DNA from: Armatimonadota bacterium
Lineage (GTDB): Bacteria > Armatimonadota > SYMT01
Length of the DNA: 58,554 bases
Assembly (NCBI GenBank): GCA_046292385.1
Contig: JBKBRF010000044.1
Location: 1-58,554, forward strand
Direction of reading: 5' to 3'
In this document: positions 29,225 to 40,505 of the stretch, piece after piece
How positions within the stretch are numbered: the stretch's first letter is position 1
Layout: every line of letters starts with the position of its first letter
Notes under the pieces: model-generated
Told to the model about the DNA's origin: nothing
Seen by the model: only the letters and a program-made list of their open reading frames with translations
Databases searched by the model: none
Position numbers and translations under genes: made by a program

Positions 29225-31150
29225 ATGGCACCGCAACCGCTCTCCAACCGCCTGCGGGCGTACATCGCGATCCACGTGGGGGCGCTGGCTCCCGCGTGGA
29301 TCGCCGTGTTCACGCTGCTGCCCCCGCCGGACCAGCCGGCTCTGGCGGCAGCGCTGGTGGTGGTGGCTGCCGCGGCGGGCACCTGGCGGATCCAGCTCAC
29401 CACGGAGGGAGGGCGGCAGAGCCTCGCCTTCGCGGTGATCAGCCTGGCGCTGCTGCTGCAGGGCGTCCAGGTGGCGGTGCTGGCCGCCGTGGTGGGGGCG
29501 CTCGCCTCCGACGTGCTGCGGCGGCAGGGCCGCTGGCGCTGGAGCCTCGTGTTCTCCCCGCTCTACCGCCGCGTCTTCAACCTGGCGCACTGCGGCCTGG
29601 TCAGCGCCGTGGCGGGGCTGGTGTGGACCGCGGCGGTCGGGACGTCGGTCCAGGGACCGGCGGAGAAGCTGGCGGGGCTGGTGATCTTCACCACGGTCTA
29701 TTTCCTGCTGAATACGCTCGGGGTCGCCACGGCGATCGGGCTCGACCGGCAGGTGTCCCCACTCGTCGTGTGGCGGGAGCACGTTTTCTGGACCGGCGCC
29801 GCGTACCTCCTCTCCGCCGGAGCGGCGGCGTTGATCTGGGGCGCCTACCAGGCGGTCGGTCCGCTCTCACTGGCGCTCCTGCCGTGCCTCTACCTGGTCT
29901 ACCGGGCCCACTTCGCCTACATCGAGGCGCTCAAGGCGCAGCGGGAGCTGGCGGACCAGGTGCAGCAGCTCCTGCGCCAGGAAGAGGACGCCAACCGCCG
30001 CAAGGACGAGTTCCTCGCCACGCTCGCCCACGAGCTCCGCAACCCGCTCGCGGCGATCTCGAACGCGCACTACGTGCTGGAGCAGCCGGGGGGGCTGACC
30101 GGCGCGCCGCGCTACCTGGACGTGATCGGGCGGCAGAGCCGCCATCTCTGCCGGCTCGTGGAAGACCTGCTCGACGTGTCCCGCATCACGCGCGGGGTGG
30201 TGGAGCTGCGGCCGGAGACGATCGACCTGCGGGACCCCCTCCGCGCGGCGCTCGAGGCGGCGCAGCCGGCGATCCGGGACCGCCGCCACCTCCTGAACCT
30301 GTGCGTCTCCGACCGGCCACTCCCGGCGCGGGTGGATGCGGACCGCGTGGAGCAGGTCTTCGCCAACCTGCTCGGGAACGCGGCGAAGTACACCGACCCG
30401 GAGGGACGAATCGACGTCACCCTGGAGGCCGAGGGGGAAGCGGCGGTGCTCCGGGTACGCGACACGGGAATCGGCATCGACCCGGAGACGCTTCCGAAGG
30501 TTTTCGACCTCTTCGTCCAGGCCGACCGCTCTCTCGCGCACAGCTCCGGAGGCCTGGGGATCGGCCTCACCCTGGTCCGGCAGCTCGTGGAGCTCCACGG
30601 CGGCACCATCTCTGCGCGGAGCGAAGGCCGCGGCCAGGGAAGCGAGTTTACCGTGCGGCTGCCGCTGCTGCCGGCCGGCACGCCGGTCCGCCAGCGCGGC
30701 GCGTCTCCGCCAGGCGCGGCTGCCGCTCCCGCCGCGGCTCGCCCGCCCGGGCGGCCCAAGGTGCTGCTGGTGGAGGACAACGCGGACGCGGCGGAGACGC
30801 TCGCCGAGATGCTGGAGCTCTGGGGCTACGACGTGGCGCTGGCGCTGAACGGCCCGGCGGCGCTGGAGCTCTATCCCGCCGAGCTTCCGGACGTCGCCAT
30901 TCTCGACGTCGGCCTTCCGGAGATGGACGGCTACGAAGTCGCTCGCCGGCTCCGGGGAATGGGCGCGCGCCTGCCGCTCATCGCCCTCACCGGCTACGGC
31001 CGCAGCGAGGAGCGCGAGACCGCCCTTGGCTCCGGCTTCGATCACCACCTGGTGAAGCCCGCCGACCCGGACCAGCTCCGCGCCCTGCTCCGGAGCCTGC
31101 TCTCGCAGACCGCCTCCGCCCGGGAAGTCTCTACCGCCGGACGCGCCTGA
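29225..31150 (+). CDS. Hybrid sensor histidine kinase/response regulator with multi-TM sensor domain
   Basis: About 7 TM N-terminus with RRVFN motif; HELRNPL, NLLGNAAKY, DTGIGI, GLGIGL; REC domain LLVEDN/ILDVGLP/VKP. Confidence 0.95.
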   Translation: MAPQPLSNRLRAYIAIHVGALAPAWIAVFTLLPPPDQPALAAALVVVAAAAGTWRIQLTTEGGRQSLAFAVISLALLLQGVQVAVLAAVVGALASDVLRRQGRWRWSLVFSPLYRRVFNLAHCGLVSAVAGLVWTAAVGTSVQGPAEKLAGLVIFTTVYFLLNTLGVATAIGLDRQVSPLVVWREHVFWTGAAYLLSAGAAALIWGAYQAVGPLSLALLPCLYLVYRAHFAYIEALKAQRELADQVQQLLRQEEDANRRKDEFLATLAHELRNPLAAISNAHYVLEQPGGLTGAPRYLDVIGRQSRHLCRLVEDLLDVSRITRGVVELRPETIDLRDPLRAALEAAQPAIRDRRHLLNLCVSDRPLPARVDADRVEQVFANLLGNAAKYTDPEGRIDVTLEAEGEAAVLRVRDTGIGIDPETLPKVFDLFVQADRSLAHSSGGLGIGLTLVRQLVELHGGTISARSEGRGQGSEFTVRLPLLPAGTPVRQRGASPPGAAAAPAAARPPGRPKVLLVEDNADAAETLAEMLELWGYDVALALNGPAALELYPAELPDVAILDVGLPEMDGYEVARRLRGMGARLPLIALTGYGRSEERETALGSGFDHHLVKPADPDQLRALLRSLLSQTASAREVSTAGRA

Positions 31151-31330
31151 GCCGGCCGCGAAGCGCCGCGGACGGAAGCGTGACGCGAGACACGGCGCCA
31201 GTGTAGTCGGGCGCACCGGAGCGGGCAAACTAACGGGGGCATGCTACCGCGCTTACCCTCTCCGCGCAGGCCTCCGCCCGAAAGCGGTGGAAGCTCTAAG
31301 GCGTGGCCGCCAGGGAAGAGCGTAACGTGT

Positions 31331-32284
31331 ATGAGTGAGCAGGCAAGCGGGCAGTCCGCGGAGACGCCGGAGCAGAGCCCGGACCGCTGGACCGCGCCGC
31401 GTAAGATCGCGCGGCAGGTCGTTCAGGTGCTCTATTACTCCGTCAAGGACCTGGCGACCGACAACGGTCCCCACTGGGCCGCCGCCCTCTCCTACTACGC
31501 GCTGCTCTCGATCTTCCCCATGCTCCTGGCGATCGTGTCGATCGCCAGCTACTTCGTCGATCCGCAGTGGGCGGTAGGGCAGGCCACCGGCCTACTGGGG
31601 GAGTTCCTGCCGGAGGGACGGGAGCTGGTGGAAGAGACGGTCCGCGCCCTGATGGAGGACCGCGGCCCGGCCAGCATCCTCTCGATCCTGGCGCTGCTCT
31701 GGACCGGAAGCCGCGTCTTCCGCGCGCTGACCCTGGCGCTCAACATCGCCTACGACACGGAGGAGACCTACGGGTTCGGCAAGCGGATCCTGATGGAGCT
31801 GGCGATGATGCTCACGCTCGGCGTCCTCTTCGTGCTCGCCCTCGCGTCCGGACCGCTCCTGCGACTGCTCGGACGGGCCCTGGGCGCGCTCCCGGGGGAG
31901 CGTGGATTCGCCTTCGGCTTAATAACGGCCGCCGTCCCCGCCGTGCTGCTCCTGGCCGCGCTCTTCCTGATCTACCGGTTCGTTCCGCGGACCCGGACGG
32001 AGTGGAAGTCGGCCCTCACCGGCGCGCTCGCCGCCACCGGGCTCTTCATGCTGGCGCGGCCGCTCTTCGGCTACTACGTCCAGGAATTCGCCGGGTACAG
32101 CCTGGTCTACGGCTCCCTCTCGATCGTGATCGTGCTGCTGGTCTGGGCGTGGCTCGGCGCGATGATCGTGATCCTGGGTGGCGAGATCGCCTCCCACGTG
32201 CAGATGATCGTCATCGAGGGGAAGAGCCCGGAGGAGGTGAAGCGCCGCCACGAGGCGCGCTCTCCGGAGCGCCGTCCCGGCTAG
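31331..32284 (+). CDS. YihY/virulence factor BrkB family membrane protein
   Basis: AAALSYYALLSIFP, ALNIAY, YSLVYGSL..VIVLLVW; start ATG 31331. Confidence 0.92.
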   Translation: MSEQASGQSAETPEQSPDRWTAPRKIARQVVQVLYYSVKDLATDNGPHWAAALSYYALLSIFPMLLAIVSIASYFVDPQWAVGQATGLLGEFLPEGRELVEETVRALMEDRGPASILSILALLWTGSRVFRALTLALNIAYDTEETYGFGKRILMELAMMLTLGVLFVLALASGPLLRLLGRALGALPGERGFAFGLITAAVPAVLLLAALFLIYRFVPRTRTEWKSALTGALAATGLFMLARPLFGYYVQEFAGYSLVYGSLSIVIVLLVWAWLGAMIVILGGEIASHVQMIVIEGKSPEEVKRRHEARSPERRPG

Positions 32285-32292
32285 CCGGAGGT

Positions 32293-32573
32293 GGGTTGGC
32301 AGGTTGCAGGTTAGCAGGTTGCAAGTTGGGTCCGCCGCGCGGAAGCCAACCTGCTAACCTGCCAGCCTGGAAGTGGGCGGGGCTTGGAACTGAGTGGGCG
32401 CAAGGGAGAGTGGGTGAGTGGGAGATCCGAACCTCCGGGTACGGGCACTCCTACTCCTACTCGTTCTCCTACTCTTACTCGAAGGTTCGCCGGGACGGCC
32501 GCTGCTTCGGCCAAGAGAGCAACGCTCGCGTAGGCGCTTGCTCCCACTCCCCCTTGCTCCCACTCCCCCACTC
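32293..32573. repeat. CAGGTT(G/A) heptamer inverted array plus second copy of the ~200-nt element
   Basis: Matches the module at 23766-24072; lies between convergent genes. Confidence 0.8.
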
Positions 32574-32583
32574 AGTCGAGGTA

Positions 32584-33231
32584 CTACGCGGCCCGGTGCA
32601 TGTAGCCGCCGGTCGCCTCCGTGCCGTAGACGCCGACGTTGCTGGCGCCGTACTTGTCCAGCACGCCTCGGACCGTCTCCTCGGAGACGTCGCCGGACGG
32701 GGTGCGGATGCCGATCAGCACGCCGCCCTGCTCCAGGGTGCGGTGATACTCCATCGCCGCGTGCTCCGGCACGCCCTGGTCCTTGAGGTAACCGGTCACG
32801 CCGCCCGCCACCGCGCCGGCGGCCGTGGTGCCGGCCGCCAGACCGGTCGCCCAGGCGATCGCCGCCGGCCCGGCCACGAGCCCGGCGCCCGGAACGAAGA
32901 GCGCGCCGAGCGCCGCCAGCACGCCGACCCCGAGGCCGATCCCGGCCCCCTTCGCCGCACCGGAGGCGGCGTCCGCGCCGGTAGTGGTGCTGATGCCGCC
33001 CTTGGCATCCGATACCGGGTTGCCGTCGTGGTCGCGGTCACGCCGGTGGATCCGGATGTGACCGCTGTCATTCATCTCGTGGTCCGAGTAGGTCTCCGCC
33101 CAGGTCCGCCCGTGCGACTCACCGGAGACCAGGCTGATGTCTTCGTCGCGGACACCATAGTCCAGTAGCGCCCCGACCGCCTTCTCGGCGTGGTCGTAGT
33201 CTGCGAAGGACGCGTAGAGAGTTCCGGCCAT
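32584..33231 (-). CDS. General stress protein-like membrane protein (paralog of 8796-9401)
   Basis: AEKAV.ALLDYGV..EDISLV, GAGIGLGVG, QGVPE..A..Y...LEQGG; AAAGGA RBS. Confidence 0.75.
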   Translation of the reverse strand: MAGTLYASFADYDHAEKAVGALLDYGVRDEDISLVSGESHGRTWAETYSDHEMNDSGHIRIHRRDRDHDGNPVSDAKGGISTTTGADAASGAAKGAGIGLGVGVLAALGALFVPGAGLVAGPAAIAWATGLAAGTTAAGAVAGGVTGYLKDQGVPEHAAMEYHRTLEQGGVLIGIRTPSGDVSEETVRGVLDKYGASNVGVYGTEATGGYMHRAA

Positions 33232-33334
33232 TGCTGTTCCTTTCGCGCCTGACACTTGCCGTCATCTCACGCAGGCGCAGCCGGAATTACCCGTCCCTGT
33301 TCGGGTGCCAAACACTACCCAGGCTGGTAGACCG

Positions 33335-33760
33335 TCAGGCGGCGTCCCCGGTGTCGTCCACAGCCGCGGAGAGCTCCCCCGGACGGACCACCGGCGTCGC
33401 GATCCGCTCGCGTGCCTGAAGGAGATGGGAGTCCATCGTCACCAGCACGGCGCCGCTCGCCTCCGCCAGCGCCGCGAACTTGCGGTCGTCCGGATCCGGG
33501 ACGAAGTCGAAGCGCGCCGGGTCGGTCTCCCCCGCCCAGCGGTCCTCCTCCCGGAAGACGCCCTCCAGCACCGCGTGGGAGAGCGGCGGGATCTTCCGCA
33601 CGATCTTCTCGATCTCCCGCCGGGTCTGCTCGTTCCAGACCATGCGCCGCCGCCCCGCGCGCACCTCCTCCAGCACTCGCGCGGAGTCGCTCCGCGGGTT
33701 GAATCCCGCGGCCACGAAGACGTTCGTATCGAGGACCAGCGGGGGGTCGAAGCCGCGCAT
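33335..33760 (-). CDS. PIN-domain protein
   Basis: LVLDTNVFVAA, E, DPDDRKF..LA, LVTMD.HLL. Confidence 0.85.
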   Translation of the reverse strand: MRGFDPPLVLDTNVFVAAGFNPRSDSARVLEEVRAGRRRMVWNEQTRREIEKIVRKIPPLSHAVLEGVFREEDRWAGETDPARFDFVPDPDDRKFAALAEASGAVLVTMDSHLLQARERIATPVVRPGELSAAVDDTGDAA

Positions 33761-33837
33761 CGGGGCTTACGCCAGAAGGTGAAGGGGGCGGGGAGCGCGG
33801 CCGCAACCGCGCTCACCGCGAGACGCCGCCGAGCGAC

Positions 33838-35196
<1,359 letters not shown>

Positions 35197-35640
35197 CTAG
35201 AAAAGCTGGTTTACGCTCTGGCGGGGCCGGGCGTCCAGAAGACCCGGGTCTTACCGGATCGCCATGGCCCGCGGCGTAAGGGTGGCGGGCCAGCACCGGC
35301 TCGCCTGTCCGCGGCGGCGGAGCCTTGCCGCCAAATATACCTTTCTATCCAAAAGAGCGGCGAAAGCGTGGCGCGGCGCCGGGGATCGCTCTTTTAGAGT
35401 TTAGTACCCTACCCCCGGCGAGCGGATGCCTTCGCCTCTCCGGCCGGAATCACTTCTGCCCGGAGAATCTCAGGCGAGATCCCACGAGAGCCCGGCCCGA
35501 GGTCGCGGACCGCGGACCGGAGGGTCAGCCGCAAGGAATTGGGTGGTGAGCCGCCGCAGCCCGGACGACAATCCAACCGGACACACCATCCGCCTCGCAC
35601 TCGCTGGGACACCCAGCGTCGGAAGACTGGGGACCCGTCA

Positions 35641-36129
35641 ATGCATTGGAGTGAATGGGCGGCGCTGATCCTGTTGATCATCATCGCGATTCCGCTGCTG
35701 GTCCTGGTGGTCTACTGCTGCGTGCTCGGCTGGGGAATGGTGTCTGCCTTTCGGGAGCACCGCAAGCCCAGGCAGACCGTCCGGACCCCACTCGGCGAAT
35801 TCGTCAAGAGCTCTGAGATCTGGTCGGGGGAGGTCACTGCGAAAGGGAGTGAGCTGCAGGTGCTGGCGCGGGACGTGGCCGGCCAGCCCAATCCCGAGCT
35901 GCTCCAGCGTCTCCCCGGCGTCCTCCAGCACCTCGACGAGCTGGAGAGGACCGCGCGCCAGCAGGTGAGCGACCTCACCGTACTCCACCAACTCGCTTCC
36001 ATCTCGGATGGAGCGGCGGAGGCGGTGGACTTCGAGCTGGGATTCGACGACGAGTACACTTGCGAGTCCGTCATGGTGCAGTTCCGGGCCGGCGAGGTCG
36101 TAGGCTCCTACCTCGCCGAGCTGCATTGA
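35641..36129 (+). CDS. Hypothetical membrane-anchored protein
   Basis: ATG 35641 followed by a long hydrophobic helix and a globular acidic domain. Confidence 0.6.
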   Translation: MHWSEWAALILLIIIAIPLLVLVVYCCVLGWGMVSAFREHRKPRQTVRTPLGEFVKSSEIWSGEVTAKGSELQVLARDVAGQPNPELLQRLPGVLQHLDELERTARQQVSDLTVLHQLASISDGAAEAVDFELGFDDEYTCESVMVQFRAGEVVGSYLAELH

Positions 36130-36180
36130 GCTCGCCGCGGACCAGCGGACGGGCACGACCTCCGGTATGGCTCACCCTCG

Positions 36181-36696
36181 ATGTGGAGTAGACGGACTCT
36201 CCTCTTCGCAGTCGTGATGGTCTGCGCTCTGTCTCTCGTGTGGCTGCTTCGCGCCACAAGGAGTCCCCTTGCGCTCGTCCTCTCGACGGTTTCGCCTGGC
36301 GACGGAATCCTCAACGCCGTGCATGATGGAGACGCCGCGACCGTCCGCATCCTGCTCGAGCGTGGGGTGAGTGTGGAGACTCGCGATCGGCACGGCAGCG
36401 GAACGCTGCTGATCCACGCCGCGCGGTTAGGACACACCGACGTCGTGCGACTCCTGCTCGACGAAGGCGCCGACCTCGAAGCAGAGAACGCCTTCGGGAA
36501 CAGCGCCCTCCTGCTGGCCGCAGAGTTTCAGCACTCCGAGGTGGTGGCGCTGCTGGTATCCCGCGGCGCAGACCCTCTTCACCAAAGCAAGAGAGGGAAC
36601 ACCCCCCTTTCCTGCGCGAGGCGGCGAGGCAATCCCGGGATCGTGCGGGTACTCGAGGCTGCGTCCCGGGGCGAAGGTGGTCGCCGCGGTCCCTAA
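36181..36696 (+). CDS. Ankyrin-repeat protein with N-terminal signal/TM
   Basis: TLLIHAARLGHTDVVRLLLDEGAD, SALLLAA, GNTPL. Confidence 0.85.
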   Translation: MWSRRTLLFAVVMVCALSLVWLLRATRSPLALVLSTVSPGDGILNAVHDGDAATVRILLERGVSVETRDRHGSGTLLIHAARLGHTDVVRLLLDEGADLEAENAFGNSALLLAAEFQHSEVVALLVSRGADPLHQSKRGNTPLSCARRRGNPGIVRVLEAASRGEGGRRGP

Positions 36697-36784
36697 CCAC
36701 CCCCGCCGAAGTGAGGCGAAACCCGGCCGAGTTTGCCGCATCCATATCTCCGGTCGAATTACGGAGCAGGGAGCAGGAGCGGGG

Positions 36785-38143
36785 ATGATCCGGATCTCGG
36801 GATCGGGGAGCGCGCACTGCGACGGGCTGACGCGGCGCAGCTTCGTGCAGGCGGGGACGCTGGGAGTCGGCGGATTGCTGCTGCCGGACTTCCTGCGGGC
36901 GCGGGCGGCCCAGGCGGCTCCGGCGGGCGCGCGCGACACCGCGGTGATCCTGCTGTGGCTCTCCGGCGGGCCCGGCCACCACGAGACGTGGGACCCCAAG
37001 CCCGAGGCGCCGGCGGAGTACCGGGGCCCGTTCGGGGCGATCGGGACGAAGGTCGACGGGATCCAGTTCAGCGAGCTGATGCCGGAGCAGGCGCGGATCG
37101 CGGACCGCCTGGCGGTGGTGCGGACCGTTCACCACGGAACGGGCGACCACACCAAGGGCAACCACTGGATGCTGACCGGGTTCGAGGGACCGAACTTCAA
37201 CGACGTCAGCCTCGCGCAGCGGAACCCATCCATGGGAAGCGTCACCGCCCGCCTGCGAGGCACCAACCGGCCGGGAATGCCGCCGTACGTCGCCGTCCCC
37301 CACCTCCGCGGCGGGACCGATAACTTCTTCCACTACCACGCCTACGCGGGCGGCGCCTACAACCCGTTCATCGTCAACTCCGACCCGAACGACAAGTCAT
37401 ACTCCGTCCGCGACCTGGCGCTGCCGCGGGGGCTCTCGCTGGGGCGGCTGGAGAGCCGGCGCGCGCTGCTGGAGACGTTCGACCGCTTCCGGATCGAGAA
37501 CGATCCGGCGGTCGGCGAGCGGGACGGCGCCTACCAGCGGGCGTTCGAGATGGTCGCCGGCCCGGAGGCGCGGACGGCGTTCGACATCTCCCGGGAGCCG
37601 GAGGCGCTGCGGGACCGGTACGGGCGGCACACCTTCGGGCAGAGCGCCCTGGTGGCACGCCGCCTGGTGGAGGCGGGAGTCACCTTCGTCACCGTCAACT
37701 GCGTCCCGTGGGACCACCACGGCACCCCGCCGCAGCTCAAGACGGAGGAGGGCGGCAAACAGCTCATCCCGCCGCTCGACCGCGCCCTCGCCGCCCTGGT
37801 GGAAGACCTCATCGACCGCGGGCTCTCCGAGAAGGTGCTCGTGGTCGCGATGGGCGAGTTCGGCCGCACCCCCAAGATCAACCGCGACGCAGGGCGCGAC
37901 CACTGGGGCGATACGTTCAGCGTGCTCTTCGCGGGCGGCCGGATGAAGATGGGCCAGGCAATCGGCACCAGCAGCAAGCGGGGCGAGTACCCGGTCGACA
38001 AAGGCTTCACCCCGCAGGACGTGCTCGCCACCGTTTACCACCACCTCGGCATCGATCCCCACGCCCACACCTTCGTCGACCGCACCGGCCGGCCGGTCTA
38101 CCTCCTGGATGGCGGCGCGCCGATCCGCGAGCTGGTGGGATAG
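36785..38143 (+). CDS. DUF1501 domain protein
   Basis: CDGLTRRSF, LSGGPGHHETWDPKP, ARRLVEAGV, WDHH, GEFGRTPKIN, GRDHW. Confidence 0.93.
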   Translation: MIRISGSGSAHCDGLTRRSFVQAGTLGVGGLLLPDFLRARAAQAAPAGARDTAVILLWLSGGPGHHETWDPKPEAPAEYRGPFGAIGTKVDGIQFSELMPEQARIADRLAVVRTVHHGTGDHTKGNHWMLTGFEGPNFNDVSLAQRNPSMGSVTARLRGTNRPGMPPYVAVPHLRGGTDNFFHYHAYAGGAYNPFIVNSDPNDKSYSVRDLALPRGLSLGRLESRRALLETFDRFRIENDPAVGERDGAYQRAFEMVAGPEARTAFDISREPEALRDRYGRHTFGQSALVARRLVEAGVTFVTVNCVPWDHHGTPPQLKTEEGGKQLIPPLDRALAALVEDLIDRGLSEKVLVVAMGEFGRTPKINRDAGRDHWGDTFSVLFAGGRMKMGQAIGTSSKRGEYPVDKGFTPQDVLATVYHHLGIDPHAHTFVDRTGRPVYLLDGGAPIRELVG

Positions 38144-38290
38144 CCGCCGAGCCGCGAGCAGGAAGCGCCGCGTACGGAATCCAATAAAAGCCGGGACGGC
38201 CCTAAAGGAGCCGTCCCGACACTGGTCCGCCGCTCCCCGGCTCTCTCCCCGCCACACCCTCGTTCCTCTCCGCCCCGAGTGAGGTCACCC

Positions 38291-40426
38291 TTGAAACGAC
38301 TCCCTGCCGGCATCCCGGCGCTTGCCTTCCTGGCGCTCGTCACGGCGCTCGTCACGGCCGCCGCGGCGCGCCCCTCGTGGACGCAGCCGCGCCCCGTCCG
38401 CCCCGCTTCCACCACCCCGGTGCGCTATCTCGCGAGCTTCGTGGGACAGAGCCACAACAACTTCGAGCCGGTCCGGATGAACAACCACGGACACTTCGCC
38501 GGCATCCTCTCGACCCAAAACGGCGAGCGGGTGGCGGTGCAGAAGGGCCTAGCCACCGACACCCGCATCGCGCTCCCGATGGCCGGTACCGTCGGCGGCT
38601 TCAACGACGCCGGCACGGTGGTCGGCTCCTACGCCGGAGCGCTAGAGCCGGACGGCGACGCGCTCGGCGCTTTCGCCTGGAACGATGCCAACTCCAACGA
38701 CACCGCGGAGCCGTCCGAAGTGGTGGGGCTGGGGGTCAATAACGGTGCCACGGACGTGAGTACGGCCGGGGTGATCGTAGGCTGGGCGGGAAGCCTGGCG
38801 GCGCGCTGGGACGGGCAGCTCGACTTCTTTTCGGGGATGGACCCCTCCGCGGCCGATTCGGTCAGTGAGAACGGCCGGATCCTGTTCAAGAGCTGGGACG
38901 CTTTCGCGGGCACCACCGACTACTTGCTGTGGACCGAAGGTGTGTCGACGCCGATCGGCACCTCGAGCGATGCCGGTCGGTTGAGCCTGTATGAGGTCAA
39001 CAGCTCGGGCCGGGTAGTCGGAGCCGGCCCCACCCACCCGGTCATCTGGGATGCCCAACAGGGGATGCGCACCCTCGATGAGCTGGGCGAAGGCAGCGCG
39101 TTCGAGATCAACGACCCCGGCGTGGTGGTAGGTTGGTACTTCAATCCCAACTTCGGCATGCGCCCCTTCGCCTGGTACGACCTGAACCAGAACGGCGACT
39201 CCGATCCGGGCGAGATGGTCGACCTGAACCAGGCGGTTGTCAACGGGGGGAACCTCTCCGGAGTTTCCGATATCAACGACAACGGGCAGATCCTGGCCTG
39301 GGGACGCGGCGGACAGCTGGCGGACGGCACGCCGGTCTATGACTATTACCGCCTCGACCCGGTCACGGAGAAAGATCTCTCCGTCACGCTGACCGACAGC
39401 CCGGACCCGGTCACCGTCGGCGCGGACCTCACCTACACCGTTACCGTGCGGAACCACAGCGACCACACGGCGACCGGTGTGCTGGTGGAGGGCGGAGTTC
39501 CGTTCGGGCTGACCGCGAAGTCCCGGACTACGAGCCACGGGAGCTTCGATGGCGCGGACTGGCACGTCGGGAACCTGGCGGCCGGCGCCTCCGCCACCGC
39601 CACGATCGTGGTGACGCCGACGAGCAGCACGTCCGGCCTCGCAAACAGCGTCACCGTCTCGCTGGACACCGGGGCGGGGCAGTACGATTCCGTGCTGGAG
39701 AACAACACCGCGGAGACGCGCACGGTCGTCAATGCCCCCGCTGACCCGCCGATCCTCTTCAGCGTCTCACCCAGTTCGGCGGCGCAGGGCGAGACGCTGG
39801 AGGTGCAGATCACCGCCGGAGATGTCCAGCAGAATGCGACCGTCAGCTTTGGCGAGGGAATCACCACCGACAGCCTCGTCGTGAACGGCTCACCCGGCAC
39901 CGTGAGCCAGACGCTGGTGGCGAATATCACCGTGGCCGCGGATGCGGCGCCCGGCACCCGCAGCGTGACGCTCTCGAATCCCGACGGTCAGACCGCCACT
40001 CTGGCCAACTCGTTCACCGTGACCGGCGGCACCGCCCCCGGCAAGCCGGACCTCACCGGAGCCTGGACCAGGAACCCCAGCTACAAGTACCAGGCGGGAT
40101 CCCGCCCGGGCAAGGGGACCTTCTACCTGAGCGGAACCTTCCAGGTGAGCAACACCGGCGCGGAGAAGGCGCGGAAGTACTCCGTCGTCTTCTTCCTCTC
40201 CACCACGCAGGGCATCGAGGGCGCGCTGCCGCTGGGGAAGGCGTTCAGCTTCAAAAAGGGGCTCAAAGCGGGCGGAGCCACCACCATCAAGCTGAAGAAG
40301 GTGGCCCTCAAGGAGAAGCGCGGCAACCCGAGCGCGAAGTACGTGATCGCCGTGCTCGACCCGGCCGGCACGGTCGACGAGTCGGACGAAGCGGACAACA
40401 CGATCGCCTTCGGTCCGCTCCCGTAG
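38291..40426 (+). CDS. Secreted multidomain surface protein (HAF-like repeats, DUF11, Ig-like, CARDB-like)
   Basis: Signal peptide; INDxGxxVG repeats; DLSVTLTDSPDPVTVGADLTYTVTVRN; VDESDEADN; start TTG 38291 or GTG 38279. Confidence 0.8.
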   Translation: MKRLPAGIPALAFLALVTALVTAAAARPSWTQPRPVRPASTTPVRYLASFVGQSHNNFEPVRMNNHGHFAGILSTQNGERVAVQKGLATDTRIALPMAGTVGGFNDAGTVVGSYAGALEPDGDALGAFAWNDANSNDTAEPSEVVGLGVNNGATDVSTAGVIVGWAGSLAARWDGQLDFFSGMDPSAADSVSENGRILFKSWDAFAGTTDYLLWTEGVSTPIGTSSDAGRLSLYEVNSSGRVVGAGPTHPVIWDAQQGMRTLDELGEGSAFEINDPGVVVGWYFNPNFGMRPFAWYDLNQNGDSDPGEMVDLNQAVVNGGNLSGVSDINDNGQILAWGRGGQLADGTPVYDYYRLDPVTEKDLSVTLTDSPDPVTVGADLTYTVTVRNHSDHTATGVLVEGGVPFGLTAKSRTTSHGSFDGADWHVGNLAAGASATATIVVTPTSSTSGLANSVTVSLDTGAGQYDSVLENNTAETRTVVNAPADPPILFSVSPSSAAQGETLEVQITAGDVQQNATVSFGEGITTDSLVVNGSPGTVSQTLVANITVAADAAPGTRSVTLSNPDGQTATLANSFTVTGGTAPGKPDLTGAWTRNPSYKYQAGSRPGKGTFYLSGTFQVSNTGAEKARKYSVVFFLSTTQGIEGALPLGKAFSFKKGLKAGGATTIKLKKVALKEKRGNPSAKYVIAVLDPAGTVDESDEADNTIAFGPLP

Positions 40427-40449
40427 GCGATCCGCGGGGCTACAGACGA

Positions 40450-40481
40450 CGAGGCCCGGAGGACGGCTCCTCCGGGCCTCG
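40450..40481. terminator. Hairpin between convergent genes
   Basis: 13-bp CGAGGCCCGGAGG/CCTCCGGGCCTCG stem. Confidence 0.6.
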
Positions 40482-40505
40482 CGTCGTTTCCGCACCGAAA
40501 ACTCG

